DNA of 63,498 nt, the filler included. It is 9 parts of 9 records of this genome, joined end to end, with 100 filler letters (N's around TTAATTAATTAA, not from the genome) between each part and the next. Parts side by side here need not be neighbours in the genome. Positions count along the whole stretch, not along the records: positions 20,862 to 28,942 come from SRR31147125_57812; positions 29,043 to 36,552 come from SRR31147125_57826; 7 more parts are not named here. One strand, written 5' to 3'. Within the stretch, counting starts at the first letter, position 1; each line of letters starts with the position of its first letter. Shown here piece after piece: positions 20,762-32,250 of the stretch. A program made the position numbers and the translations under genes. The notes beneath the pieces were generated by a model that was given only the letters and a program-made list of their open reading frames with translations, ran no database searches and was not told where the DNA came from.

Positions 20762-20861
20762 NNNNNNNNNNNNNNNNNNNNNNNNNNNNNNNNNNNNNNN
20801 NNNNNTTAATTAATTAANNNNNNNNNNNNNNNNNNNNNNNNNNNNNNNNNNNNNNNNNNNN
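20762..20861. other. artificial contig spacer
   Basis: N44-TTAATTAATTAA-N44. Confidence 0.99.
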
Positions 20862-20906
20862 TCCGGTGATTCGGGACCCGGGGTCGATACCGAGAATTCG
20901 GTCCAT
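20862..20906 (-). CDS. ruvC: Holliday junction resolvase RuvC, first 15 codons
   Basis: MDRILGIDPGSRITG directly downstream of yebC. Confidence 0.85.
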
Positions 20907-20916
20907 CAATCGATGC

Positions 20917-21663
20917 TCAGGACAGTTTGTCCATCAGGCTCTCTTCGATATCGAAGTTAGCGTGCACCTTCTGGACATCTTCATGATCCTCAAGGTTCTC
21001 AAGCAGCTTCAACAGGGATACGGCGATTTTTTCCTCGGTGACATCGATCGTATTCTTGGGGATCATCGAGATCGATGCCTCGATGAGCGTGACCCCCTGT
21101 TCCTCAAGCCCATCCCTCACATCATTGAAGTCATCGACACTGGTCAGCACCTGGAACTCATTGTCATCCTCGACAACATCTTCCGCTCCCACCTCGAGCG
21201 CCTTGTCCATCAGGTCCTCTTCGGAGATCCCTTCCTTGTCTACCAGTATCTGGCCCTTTTGATCGAACATCCACGCGACACAGCCGTTCTCCCCGAGGTT
21301 GCCGTTGCTCTTCGCAAAAAAGTGCCTGACGTCCGCCACCGTCCGGTTGCGGTTGTCGGTCATGCACTCGACCAGAACCGCGACGCCACCGGGGCCATAG
21401 CCCTCGTAGAGGATCTCTTCGTAGGCATCGCCGTCGCCGCCGCCAGACCCCTTGGCCACGGCCCGGGCGATATTGTCCTTCGGCATGTTCTCCGCCTTTG
21501 CGGCCGCTATCGCGGATCGCAGGCGCGGATTTCCGTCCGGGTCGCCCCCATGCCTCGCCGCCACAGTGATCTCCTTGATCAGTTTGGAGAAGATCTTGCC
21601 GCGTTTGGCGTCGTTAGCACCTTTCTTGCGCTTGATGGTTGACCATTTAGAATGTCCTGACAT
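20917..21663 (-). CDS. yebC: YebC/PmpR family protein
   Basis: [38 protein letters not shown]. Confidence 0.95.
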   Translation of the reverse strand: MSGHSKWSTIKRKKGANDAKRGKIFSKLIKEITVAARHGGDPDGNPRLRSAIAAAKAENMPKDNIARAVAKGSGGGDGDAYEEILYEGYGPGGVAVLVECMTDNRNRTVADVRHFFAKSNGNLGENGCVAWMFDQKGQILVDKEGISEEDLMDKALEVGAEDVVEDDNEFQVLTSVDDFNDVRDGLEEQGVTLIEASISMIPKNTIDVTEEKIAVSLLKLLENLEDHEDVQKVHANFDIEESLMDKLS

Positions 21664-21721
21664 AGCTAATCCCTGTTTTAGTATCGCCTGCGGGGATGCC
21701 CCGCATGATTGTGTTGTTACG

Positions 21722-22321
21722 CTATCGTTTCCTGTATTCCATGCCGAGTGCAAACACCTCCCGGCTCTCTTTCCGTGAACTCTGCGGCTTGATGACCTTG
21801 ACGAACCCGAACTGATGCTTCATCTCGGCTATAAATTCCGGCATCTCCTCCCCCTGGAAAATCTTGCACAGGAAATGTCCTTTGTCGTGCAGCAGGGATT
21901 GAGCGATCTCCAGGCTCTGCCTGACCAGCCGCATCGAGTGCTGATGGTCCGTCCAGCGGTTGCCGGTGGTACGCGGCGCGATATCCGAGATCACCGATTT
22001 GTACGCGGGCCGGATCGTGCGGACCTGCCCGATCAGCTCCGGATCGGTTATATCGCCGCAGATCCAGTGTATCGGAGAGCCGCCGTCACGGGGTTCCTTA
22101 CTGGTTTCCTGCAGATCGATGCCCACCACGAGCCCACCGGGTCCAACCACGGACGAAGCGTACAACGACCAGCTCCCCGGGTGGCACCCAAGATCGAGCA
22201 CCGCATCGCCACGACGGAACAGACGATATTTCTGCTGGACTTCCTCGAGTTTAAAAACAGACCTGGCCGGATACTTTTCTTTCTTGGCCTTCTTAAAATA
22301 GTAGTCCCGGACTTTACGCAC
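21722..22321 (-). CDS. rlmE: 23S rRNA Um2552 methyltransferase
   Basis: [35 protein letters not shown]. Confidence 0.93.
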   Translation of the reverse strand: MRKVRDYYFKKAKKEKYPARSVFKLEEVQQKYRLFRRGDAVLDLGCHPGSWSLYASSVVGPGGLVVGIDLQETSKEPRDGGSPIHWICGDITDPELIGQVRTIRPAYKSVISDIAPRTTGNRWTDHQHSMRLVRQSLEIAQSLLHDKGHFLCKIFQGEEMPEFIAEMKHQFGFVKVIKPQSSRKESREVFALGMEYRKR

Positions 22322-22406
22322 TCTTTATTCCATTTAGTATTCTTTGGCAAGGCGAATCGGCCCCGTACCACTGCCTGCACCTCTATGTACAGACCAGTTT
22401 GCCGCG

Positions 22407-23855
22407 CTACCGGGCTCGCTTCGCCAGCTCATGTTCAACCCACGCCAGCGCCTCGCTAGCGGTGGTCACGTCCCCCTCCACCGCGGCCTCCTCTACCGCC
22501 TGAAGCAGGTCACCGATCCACGGCCCCGGCTCCAGTCCAAATGTAGCAATCAGGTCGTGCCCGGTCAACAGTTTCGGTCCCCGGATCACAGGCTGCACCG
22601 TGGTCTCGAAGAACGCGCTCAGGTCCCCGAACAGCGACGCAAGCCGGCGCTCGATCCCCGCCGGCTTTTCAGGCCCCTGCCCCGCAAGGCTGTCCGCCAT
22701 CGCGAGCATGAACAACAGAGTCAGGTCGCTCCCGGCACGCTTGCAGATTTTCAACTTTGCCCGGTTGCTCAATTCCTCGCCCTGCACCACTACGTTGAGC
22801 AGATGAAACGGGTGCATGTGCATCCGTACCAGCGCTGCAACCCGTTTCACCCGGCTGTTGCTCCAACGCAGCCGCTGTCCAAGGGAAAAGACAAGGTCCG
22901 CGCCGCATTCATCATGATTGTAAAAAGTGATGCGCCCTCCCCGCTGCTCATCGATTACCCGCGTCGTGGGTTTACCGATGTCGTGGAGCAGGGCTGCCCA
23001 TTTCAGCTCCACCACACCACCGTCTTTCTGAGCCGCCGCGAAATCAACACCGTCGCAATCCGGAAAGAAGCGATGCGGATCGGCGATAACCCGCTCCGCA
23101 CATTCCAGCGCCAACAGGTTATGTTCCATCACGTCGAGGTGGTGGAACGGAGGCTGCAGCACATGATTCCCCTCGGATAACTCAGGGATCATCACCTCCA
23201 GGAGACCAATCGTCCGCATACTCTGAAACGCGGTGGACGCGTGGGCAGTCGCCATGATAGTGTCGAGTTCGCTGCTGACCCGCTCGGCGGCGATACCCGA
23301 CAGCAGCGATGCCTTGCCCTCCATCGCGTCGATCGTTTCCACGGCGATCGTGAAATCGAACTGGGCCGAGAAGCGGTAGGCGCGCACCATTCTCAGCGGG
23401 TCGTCGTCGAAACACCCCGGATTCGCCCGGACCACTGAGTTCGCCAGGTCATCACGTCCGTCAAGCGGATCGATCACCGTAAACAGGCCGCCCGGCAGCA
23501 GGTCCTCGAACAGGACAGCCATCGAGTTGATCGTGAAGTCCCTCAGTGCCAGATCCTCTTCGATCGTCGTCGCACCGTTCCGGTAGCCCGACACATCGAT
23601 ACTGAGTCCCCGGCAGACCAGCCGGGCCGTGTCGTTCTGAGAATCCCCGAGTTCGATAACCGTGCCGGAACCGAGCGTCCGCCGAACTTCATCGAGCAGG
23701 GCCAGTGCGCCGGACTCCACCGCAAAATCGAGATCCTCAATATCCAGCCCCACCATCATGTCGCGTACCGCACCGCCCACCAGATAGAGCGGTTGCCGCC
23801 GCTTCCGGGCGCAATCGAGCAGCGCTTCCAGCACAGGCTTCTGATCGTCCGGCAC
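22407..23855 (-). CDS. CCA tRNA nucleotidyltransferase/poly(A) polymerase family with HD domain
   Basis: YLVGGAVRD..DLDF, RDFTINS, DDPLR, LLHDIGKP. Confidence 0.88.
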   Translation of the reverse strand: MPDDQKPVLEALLDCARKRRQPLYLVGGAVRDMMVGLDIEDLDFAVESGALALLDEVRRTLGSGTVIELGDSQNDTARLVCRGLSIDVSGYRNGATTIEEDLALRDFTINSMAVLFEDLLPGGLFTVIDPLDGRDDLANSVVRANPGCFDDDPLRMVRAYRFSAQFDFTIAVETIDAMEGKASLLSGIAAERVSSELDTIMATAHASTAFQSMRTIGLLEVMIPELSEGNHVLQPPFHHLDVMEHNLLALECAERVIADPHRFFPDCDGVDFAAAQKDGGVVELKWAALLHDIGKPTTRVIDEQRGGRITFYNHDECGADLVFSLGQRLRWSNSRVKRVAALVRMHMHPFHLLNVVVQGEELSNRAKLKICKRAGSDLTLLFMLAMADSLAGQGPEKPAGIERRLASLFGDLSAFFETTVQPVIRGPKLLTGHDLIATFGLEPGPWIGDLLQAVEEAAVEGDVTTASEALAWVEHELAKRAR

Positions 23856-24005
23856 CCGTTGGTACCATGCATTTTTCTGTACTCATCTGCTTTTCTCTCT
23901 CGCCTCCTTGACGGAGTGGAAATAGGGAGTATAAATTCGCACTCAACCTTGTTACTCTAGGGTACCGCAAACAACCTGTTTAGGGAAGGAGGCCGCGGCG
24001 TTAAG

Positions 24006-24027
24006 TAGTTTCGATCCGAAAACGCAG
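24006..24027. repeat. 22-bp intergenic repeat, copy 1
   Basis: TAGTTTCGATCCGAAAACGCAG, 21/22 identical to 28889-28910. Confidence 0.75.
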
Positions 24028-24054
24028 CACCTCTTCTCAGCTCATATACGCCCA

Positions 24055-25032
24055 GTGACCACCTCGAAACACAGCGCCCACACCATTCACCTGGCCCCGC
24101 TCAAGGGGATAACCGATGCGTTGTTCAGGCGGGTCTTCACCAGCCATTTCCCTGGTGTTGACCATGCGATAGCCCCGTTTGTCAACCCCCAGCGGACCCC
24201 CCGCTACCCCGACAAACTTGTCGCCGACCTCCAGCCCGAACACGCATGTCCGCTGCCTGTTACCCCGCAGATACTCAACACTGATGAGGAAGGATTTGTC
24301 GCACTGGGAAACCGCTTATACGAGATGGGGTACCAGGAGGTCAACTGGAACCTGGGCTGCCCGGTGAAAACAGTTGCGGGCAAAGGACGGGGCTCCGGAC
24401 TCCTGCCCTACCCCGATGAGATCCTCGACCTGCTCGACCGGGTCATGGGTAAACTCAAGCCGGCACTGTCGATCAAGATGCGGCTCGGGTATCACAACGA
24501 AGAAGAAGCGCAGGTACTGCTCCCGCAATTCAACGACTATCCGCTCACGTCCATCACCATTCACGCCCGACTTGGAGTACAGCTCTACCGCGGCAGCGTC
24601 AACCTCGACCATTTCGACACCTGCCGAAAGCTCACCGGGCACCGACTGGTCTACAACGGCGACATCGTGAGCGGCGAAACATTTTCCGGATTGACCGACC
24701 GTTTTCCGTCAGTGAACAACTGGATGATCGGCAGGGGATTGCTGATGAACCCGTTTCTGGCGGCTGAAATAAAGGGATACCGATTTTCAGATACAGAAAA
24801 GCTCGAACGGCTCAGGCTGTTCCACGACGAGCTGTATCGCGAACTCAAAGAGAAACTGTCCGGTCCCGGCCACCTGCTGGGCCGCATGAAGCAGATCTGG
24901 ATCTATTTCATACACGCCTTCCCCGGACAGGAGAAACAGGTCAAGAAAGTTGTCAGATCGGCAACGGAGAAGAACTACCTGAATGCGGCCAATACCGTTT
25001 TCACCCATCACTCCGCAGACATGCGCGGATAA
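24055..25032 (+). CDS. tRNA-dihydrouridine synthase family protein
   Basis: LAPLKGITD, NLGCP, SIKMRLG, IHAR, YNGDI, MIGRG. Confidence 0.9.
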   Translation: MTTSKHSAHTIHLAPLKGITDALFRRVFTSHFPGVDHAIAPFVNPQRTPRYPDKLVADLQPEHACPLPVTPQILNTDEEGFVALGNRLYEMGYQEVNWNLGCPVKTVAGKGRGSGLLPYPDEILDLLDRVMGKLKPALSIKMRLGYHNEEEAQVLLPQFNDYPLTSITIHARLGVQLYRGSVNLDHFDTCRKLTGHRLVYNGDIVSGETFSGLTDRFPSVNNWMIGRGLLMNPFLAAEIKGYRFSDTEKLERLRLFHDELYRELKEKLSGPGHLLGRMKQIWIYFIHAFPGQEKQVKKVVRSATEKNYLNAANTVFTHHSADMRG

Positions 25033-25061
25033 TACCTGGAACAGACAGAACGGAAAAGACA

Positions 25062-26282
25062 ATGAGCACATTTGATTTTGACCGGCCCATAGACCGGCTC
25101 TCCAGCGGTTCCGCGAAATGGGACGGCGCCCCTGCCATTTTCGGCACCGACGACATCCTGCCCATGTGGGTCGCCGACATGGACTTCGAAGTCGCCCCGA
25201 TCACCGACGCGATCATCGAACGTGCGGGACATGGGATCTACGGGTACACGTTCGAGGACGACGCCCTCAAGCAGGCCGTCGTCGACCGTCTGCAGGCAAA
25301 GTTTGACTGGCAGGTCGACAAGAGCTGGTTAGTCTTTTCCACCGGGATCGTGCACGCGCTGCACATGATCATCAAGGCCTTCACAACCCCGGGGGACGGC
25401 ATTATTCTCCAGCCACCGGTCTACTACCCGTTCTTCTCGGCGATCGAGAACAACGGCTGTGCTGTTATCGAGAACCCGCTGATCGAGCGAAACGGGGAAT
25501 ACGCCATCGACTTCGACGGCCTGGCACAATGCTTCAGGCCCGACCATTCAGGGCTCAGGCCCAAACCGAGCAGAGTCAGGATGATGGTGTTCTGCAGCCC
25601 GCACAACCCGGTCGGCCGGGTGTGGACCAGTGAAGAGGTTGAGCGTACGGCCCGCACCGTCATCGACAATCAGGGGTTGTTCATCTCTGATGAAATTCAC
25701 TCGGAGCTGCTTTTCAGCAACCAGCGCCATACGGCGACCGCAGCCCTGGGTGATGAAATAGCCGGCAGGACCATTACCTGCTTTGCACCGAGCAAGACAT
25801 TCAATCTCGCCGGCCTGAAAGCGTCAGTTTTGATCATTCCCGACTCCCAACTCCGCAGGGTTTTCCTGGAACGGACCGCCGGGTTTCTCTCTTCCCCCAA
25901 CGTCTACGGCATCGCTGCAATGAAAGCAGCGTTTACTCACGGAGATAAGTGGCTCGAGGAACTGCTGGTTTATCTCGAGGGCAACCGCGACTACCTGGTG
26001 GATTTCTGCAGGACTCGCCTGCCGCAGATCAAGGTCGTCCCGCCGCAGGGTACGTACCTGGCCTGGCTCGACTGCCGGAAACTTGGGCTTTCGGACCGGG
26101 GGCTCAGGAAATTCATGAGGGAACAAGCCCGCGTCGGCCTCGACGACGGATACATCTTCGGCACAGGCGGTTCGGGGTTCCAGCGCATCAACTTCGCCTG
26201 TACCCGGAACAAGCTGAGGCAGGCACTGGAGCAGATCGAAACGGCGCTGCACTCCCTGTCCGACGGGAACCTCTCCCGCTGA
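25062..26282 (+). CDS. MalY/PatB PLP enzyme (cystathionine beta-lyase-like)
   Basis: PMWVADMDF, CSPHNPVGRVW, SDEIH, SKTFNLAG, GTYLAWLD. Confidence 0.92.
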   Translation: MSTFDFDRPIDRLSSGSAKWDGAPAIFGTDDILPMWVADMDFEVAPITDAIIERAGHGIYGYTFEDDALKQAVVDRLQAKFDWQVDKSWLVFSTGIVHALHMIIKAFTTPGDGIILQPPVYYPFFSAIENNGCAVIENPLIERNGEYAIDFDGLAQCFRPDHSGLRPKPSRVRMMVFCSPHNPVGRVWTSEEVERTARTVIDNQGLFISDEIHSELLFSNQRHTATAALGDEIAGRTITCFAPSKTFNLAGLKASVLIIPDSQLRRVFLERTAGFLSSPNVYGIAAMKAAFTHGDKWLEELLVYLEGNRDYLVDFCRTRLPQIKVVPPQGTYLAWLDCRKLGLSDRGLRKFMREQARVGLDDGYIFGTGGSGFQRINFACTRNKLRQALEQIETALHSLSDGNLSR

Positions 26283-26445
26283 CTCCCTGTACACAGGGCG
26301 GCCGCCGGGTCCGTGGCGTCCCAAAAGAGGTTTGAATTCGAAATAGATACAGAGTATTATCCGCCTTGCCGCTACGCAGTGCCTTTGGGCAGCCTGCAGC
26401 AGCTGTCCGGACCGCTTCAGTTGAAATATCACCGTTGACGGAAAG

Positions 26446-28887
26446 ATGGAAAGAAGAACCATTAATACCCAGTTTGACAAGCGTATAGCCCGACTCTTTC
26501 TCATCTCCGCCGCCGTTGCAACCCTGGTCGTCACCGTCTGCCTTTCGACGATTTTCTTCTATACGCAGCTCTCGGCATTCACGTCCTTCGATGACAACCT
26601 CTCTTACACAATTTTCGAAAACAAAAAACAGTTCCTGTTCAACGCCGTAAATCGCACCACCGCCGATATCGAGCAGGAGCGTTCCCGCTGCGCAGCCCTG
26701 TTGCAGGAGAATCTCCGGCAGTCCCGACAGGATGGCGGATCAGCCGATACCGGATACTGTAGCGAAGAGCAGCTCAAAGAACGGTTGAAAGACCGAATCA
26801 GGCAGACACGGCTGATCGACGACGGCTATATCTGGATCAACAAAGTGCTCGACTACCAGGGCGGCGACGGTTATGCCATCCGTCTGGTCCACCCCAACCT
26901 GGAAGAAACGGAGGGTGCGCTGCTCTCGACGGACTTCCAGGACATTGAGGGCAACACCCCGTACCTCACGGAACTCGAAGGCGTCCGTGACCACGGCGAG
27001 ATCTTTTTCCAGTACTGGTTCAAAAAGATGAACCGTGACGAAATTGCTCCTAAACTCACGTACGCAAAACTCTACAAGGAGTATGACTGGATCATCGCCA
27101 GCGGCGTCTACCTTGACGACCTCGACACGACTCTTGCAACCCAGCAGCAGAATATCCGCCAGACCCTGCGCACCCAGATTATGACCGCCGCAGGACTCGG
27201 CCTGATCGCCTGTATCGCCGCACTGCTCATTTCACTGTTTTTCCTGCGCCGCATCAACAATGTGATCGGATCATACAAACGTGGATTCCGGATTCAGGAG
27301 GAGTCCCTGGAGAAGATTAACAGCGAGCTCGAACAACGTGTGGTCGAACGGACCCGAGAGATCGAGGAGTCCAAGGCTCTGCTGCAGACCAGCGAAAAAA
27401 AATTTCACGATCTCTATAACAATGCTCCCGACATGTACGTGTCGGTAGACGCTAAAACGGCACACGTCATCGAGTGCAACAAAACCCTGTGCAGCCGGCT
27501 TGGCCGTACCAGAGAAGAAATCGTCGGAACTCCCATCTTCACGCTCTACTACCCTGACAGCCATGAGGCAGCAGTAGAAACCTTCGCGGAATTCGTCAAG
27601 ACCGGAACGATTCGCAACCGGGAACTGCAGCTGTTGACCTGCGACGGGTCGCCCGTCGACGTCAGCCTTAACGTCACAGCGGAAAAAGACGAGGATGGCA
27701 CAATTCTCTACAGCCGCTCCTCGTGGCGCGATATTACGGAGCTGAAACAGGTCGAAGCCGAGCGCCTGCAGCTGCAGAAGCGCCTGATCCAGGCAGAGAA
27801 GATGGAATCCATCGGCAACCTGGCAGGTGGCATTGCTCACGACTTCAACAACTTATTATCTGCAATTATCGGTTTTACCGAACTGGCGATGGACGAAGTG
27901 GAGCCGGGCAGTGAGGTCGAAGACTCCCTGCAAGAGGTGTATACCGCCGGCGGAAAGGCCCGCGACCTGGTCAAGCAGATCCTCGCATTTGCCCGTCAGT
28001 CCGACGAGGAGCGGGTCCCTGTCCAACTGAGCACCATCGTCAAGGAGGTGCTCAGGTTTATCCGCTCGACGATTCCATCGACGATCGAGATATCACAGGA
28101 TATCGGCAGCTTCGAGATGATAGAGGGGAACCCCACCCAGGTCCACCAGATGCTCGTGCACCTCTGCACCAATGCCTCCCATGCGATGGCTGAATCGGGC
28201 GGTGTGCTCGATGTCCGGCTCAACGAGGTTGCCGTCAACGGCCCCCGCTGCCTCCGGCTCACCGTTGCAGACACCGGAACCGGCATCGACCCGGAAATCA
28301 TCGAGGCCATCTTCGAACCCTACTTCACGACCAAGCCCCCGGGCGAGGGAACCGGCATCGGGCTGGCAATGGTCAAGGGAGTCGTGGAAAGTTATAACGG
28401 CTCTATCGAGATCAAGAGCACACCGGGCGAGGGAACGATCGTTACCATCCACCTGCCGATCACCAGCAACAGGGAACAGGATGATTTCCCCCGGGATACC
28501 GAGCTCCCGGCAGGAAGCGACAACCTGCTGCTGGTCGATGACGAGCCCTCCATCGTCAAGATGACGACACGGCTACTGGAATCTCTCGGATATCGGGTTA
28601 CCGCCTGCACAGACAGCCTGGACGCGTTGGCCCGCTTCCGTGTAAGCCCGCATTCCTATGATCTGGTGATTACCGACATGACGATGCCGAACCTGACCGG
28701 AGAACAACTCTGCGCCGAGTTATTGCAAATCCGCCCCGGTTTACCGATCATTCTCTGTACCGGCTACAGTGACCGTATCTCGCCTGAGGAGGCCGACAGC
28801 ATCGGTATCAGTGCGTTTCTCTACAAACCGGTTATCAAGGCGCAGCTCGCACAGACCGTGCTCGACGCACTCGATACCACCCGTTAG
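26446..28887 (+). CDS. hybrid sensor histidine kinase (Cache-PAS-HisKA-HATPase-REC)
   Basis: TM-Cache-TM, PAS, GGIAHDFNN, DTGTG, FEPYFTTK, GTGIGL, REC VDDE...TDMTMP. Confidence 0.92.
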   Translation: MERRTINTQFDKRIARLFLISAAVATLVVTVCLSTIFFYTQLSAFTSFDDNLSYTIFENKKQFLFNAVNRTTADIEQERSRCAALLQENLRQSRQDGGSADTGYCSEEQLKERLKDRIRQTRLIDDGYIWINKVLDYQGGDGYAIRLVHPNLEETEGALLSTDFQDIEGNTPYLTELEGVRDHGEIFFQYWFKKMNRDEIAPKLTYAKLYKEYDWIIASGVYLDDLDTTLATQQQNIRQTLRTQIMTAAGLGLIACIAALLISLFFLRRINNVIGSYKRGFRIQEESLEKINSELEQRVVERTREIEESKALLQTSEKKFHDLYNNAPDMYVSVDAKTAHVIECNKTLCSRLGRTREEIVGTPIFTLYYPDSHEAAVETFAEFVKTGTIRNRELQLLTCDGSPVDVSLNVTAEKDEDGTILYSRSSWRDITELKQVEAERLQLQKRLIQAEKMESIGNLAGGIAHDFNNLLSAIIGFTELAMDEVEPGSEVEDSLQEVYTAGGKARDLVKQILAFARQSDEERVPVQLSTIVKEVLRFIRSTIPSTIEISQDIGSFEMIEGNPTQVHQMLVHLCTNASHAMAESGGVLDVRLNEVAVNGPRCLRLTVADTGTGIDPEIIEAIFEPYFTTKPPGEGTGIGLAMVKGVVESYNGSIEIKSTPGEGTIVTIHLPITSNREQDDFPRDTELPAGSDNLLLVDDEPSIVKMTTRLLESLGYRVTACTDSLDALARFRVSPHSYDLVITDMTMPNLTGEQLCAELLQIRPGLPIILCTGYSDRISPEEADSIGISAFLYKPVIKAQLAQTVLDALDTTR

Positions 28888-28888
28888 T

Positions 28889-28942
28889 TAGTTTCCATCC
28901 GAAAACGCAGTGTTTTGTTCAAGATCGAGGCGCATACGAGAT
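28889..28942. repeat. 22-bp repeat copy 2, possibly the start of a miniature repeated element at the contig end
   Basis: TAGTTTCCATCCGAAAACGCAG immediately after the kinase stop; the contig ends 32 bp later. Confidence 0.65.
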
Positions 28943-29042
28943 NNNNNNNNNNNNNNNNNNNNNNNNNNNNNNNNNNNNNNNNNNNNTTAATTAATTAANN
29001 NNNNNNNNNNNNNNNNNNNNNNNNNNNNNNNNNNNNNNNNNN
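28943..29042. other. artificial contig spacer
   Basis: N44-TTAATTAATTAA-N44. Confidence 0.99.
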
Positions 29043-32000
29043 AATCTCAACTCATCTTCCAACTGTTGCTGAGATACCGGTCCACGTGTCTGCAGAAAAT
29101 GCAAAAGTAACTTTTGAATTTGTTTCGCTCTGGTAGAACCTGATTTAAAAGTTTCCTCATTTATAGTCGTTTTTAGCACCGTATAAACGTCTTTATCGCT
29201 AGCACTGATCCATCCTGACCTGGGAGCGGTTAAATGGGTAATTCTTTTATCGTGAACAAGTTCCTCCATCCATACGTGCGGATCCGATTTTGATCTTTTG
29301 ACAAGCTCAGTCTCTTCAATTGGACCCAGCCGCTCAATGACTGTAAATAATTCTTCCCGGTTTCTGGCTCTGAATTCATCTGCTTTATACTGCCATCGGG
29401 CTTCCGATTCGTCAACTATTTTTTTGGTAACCAGACCTGGAATTTTTTCCTTCTCAAGCACCTCTGCCAATAGGTCGCTGCTAATCTCGGCAATCTGACC
29501 TGTATATCGGGATCGATCTAATTCATATAAATTATTACTTGTAAACTTGAAAATTAATCCGGATGCCATTGGTGAGGGTGAAGGAGTTTGCACAAAATGC
29601 ATTTCAATTTCCTTGTTGTGCAATCGATCTATTATTCGTCGTAGAGCTGGTAAATCAAATATATCCTGCAAACACTCCCGGTATGTCTCAATAACAATAG
29701 GAAAATCCGGGTACTTTCGGACAATTTGTAAAAGGTCAGCTGAGCGTAACCGCTGTAGCCATAATGGAATACGTTTGCTTCCGAAAGAGCGCGGTAACAG
29801 CAAGGCGCGAGTCGCATTGTATCGAAAATGAACTGAAAACAAGGGTGTATCTGCGATGGTATCGATGAGCAATTTTTCAATTTCTTTTTTCGACAAACGG
29901 AATATTTCTTCAAAAGGTGGGAAATCATTTGTATCTAAAATTCGAAATATGATGCCATCATCATTATAATCGTACTGAACCTGTACATTATAAAACTTTT
30001 CCAGAGCAGCAGCCAGGGCAATAACCCATGCGCCATTGATACGCGCACCAAAAGGTGCATGTACTATGAGCTGCGGCTCCCCGGATACATCCCGAAAAAC
30101 TCGGCTATAATTTTGCGATCATGAGCAATACCTTCTGTATGACCTTTTTGCCGCTTGAAATACGTGTGTACATTGTCCAGAATCGCTGGATCAACCAGGT
30201 CTTTTTCTTCAAACCAGTCTTCACTCTGTCCGGACTTGCCCTTTTCCAACCATTCTCTCCGCACTGCAGCGACTTTCAGCTGTGTCGACATATCTCTGTA
30301 AAGAATATCTCCCTTCCAAAATGGGGCTTTAGGCTTGACAGAATGCGCTGAGCTGACAACGATTCGATCATGGGTTATCTCATGAATCAGCCACTCCTGA
30401 CTTCCCAGATAAAATACCTCACCCACTCTGGATTCAAATACAAATTCTTCCTCCATTTCCCCTAATTTTACGTTACTATCAGCCAGATAGACACCATAAT
30501 AACCACGGTCTGGAATTGTTCCACCATTCATAACAGTGAGAAACCTGGATCCTGCTCTTTCAACAAGCCTGTCATTAATTCGATCCCATGTAAGCCGCGG
30601 TTTCAGGGAAGGTAACGGAGCATCTGCAAAACGTCCAGATAACATCTCTAAAACACGTTCAAAAGCATTTTCAGAAAGGTTGCGATAACAGTAACTCGAC
30701 TTTACCAAACGATAAAAATCAGCTCGACTCCATTGCTGCATGGACACTTCAGCAACAATCTGTTGTGCCAAAACATCTAAACAGTTCTCTGGTATAACAG
30801 TCTCTTCTATATCACCCTGGCGCATAGCACGGGCAATAGCAATAGCATCATCCAGATCCCCGGGATAGAGAGGAATAATCCGTCCCTTGCTGGTGGCATG
30901 AAGTACATGCCCACTTCGTCCCACTCTTTGTAAGGCACTGGTAATACTTTTGGGAGATTCCAGTTGAACGACCAATTCGATGCTTCCAATATCGATTCCC
31001 AACTCCAGGGAAGCCGTTGCCACAACAGCCGGGAGCTCACCCGCCTTGAATTGTGTTTCAATATCATATCGTCTTTCTCGTGACAGACTGCCATGATGTG
31101 CAAATGCGATTTCACTCTCCGGATCTCCAGTTTCCTGCTGATGTAGTTCATTTATTTGTCTGGCAATCTTTTCTGTTTGTGCACGCATATTCACAAAGAC
31201 CAGGGTGCTCTTGTGAGATCGAATGAGTTCATACAGTTTATTATAAACAGCTGGCCACACACTCGCTTCGGGTAATTCACTAAAATCGTTTATCGGCGTG
31301 AGAACTTTTAAATCCATATCCTTTCTCTGACCACAATCAACAATAGCCACAGGCCGGACCTTGAACGAATGAGAGAGAGAATCATAATGTTGGCCGCCCA
31401 GATAATCAGCTATACGCCGGAGAGGCCGTTGTGTTGCGGATAAGCCAATTCTTACCGGTTCTTCCCTACACAAAGCCATTAATCTTTCCAAAGAAAGACT
31501 CAGATGCACACCACGCTTATTATTGCATATAGCATGAATTTCATCAATAATAAGATAGCGGAGATTACGAAATATCTCCCGCCCTTTTACTGACGTCAAC
31601 AAAAGAAACAGGGATTCCGGCGTAGTAATTAATATATGAGGTGGCTTTTTTACCATGGACTGCCTGACATGCGACGGCGTATCCCCTGTACGAACCATGA
31701 CCCGAATATCAGGCGGATTTACATGTATCTTTCTGGCCTCCTGTCGAATTCCTTTAAGAGGTTCCTGCAGATTTTGGTGGATATCATTATTCAGTGCTTT
31801 TAGTGGCGAGATATACAACGTATGCACACCATTCTGGTTCAATCTAAAATTTTTTACGTCACTGTTTAAACCATATCTAAAAAGATCATCAAGACACCAG
31901 AGAAAAGCAGCAAGCGTTTTACCAGATCCGGTTGGCGCAAGAACAAGGGTGTTGTTTTTACCTGCAATACTGGGCCATCCCCTTTTCTGCGGAGGACTGG

Positions 32001-32064
32001 GACTGCCAAACCGGAGCTCAAACCATTGTTTTATAGCAGGATGAAAGCTATATTTTTTAGTCAT
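29043..32064 (-). CDS. lhr: Lhr-family SF2 helicase, frameshift near 30095-30099, 3' truncated
   Basis: APTGSGKT, YISPLKAL, DEIH, SAT, HHGSLS, LELGIDIG, QRVGRSGH, GGTIPDRG; second frame continues HAPFGARING...PLWLQRLRSADLL. Confidence 0.92.
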
Positions 32065-32250
32065 AAACTCTTGTTCACTTATTTTTCAGGGGAAAAATCA
32101 AAACTCTTATTACCATCATTCAACATTATTAAAATTAGATTTATTTTTATAGAATAAAATAAACAATCATTTAACACATCCAATCAATTTTTGCTTTGAT
32201 AAATTAAATAAAACTCCTTAATTTACAAAAATTACCTGGTACTAAAATAT

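Noticed and set aside
29043-32064. Lhr helicase as part of a defence system
   Set aside because: Standard Lhr motifs, divergent from pfk, and no defence partners visible.
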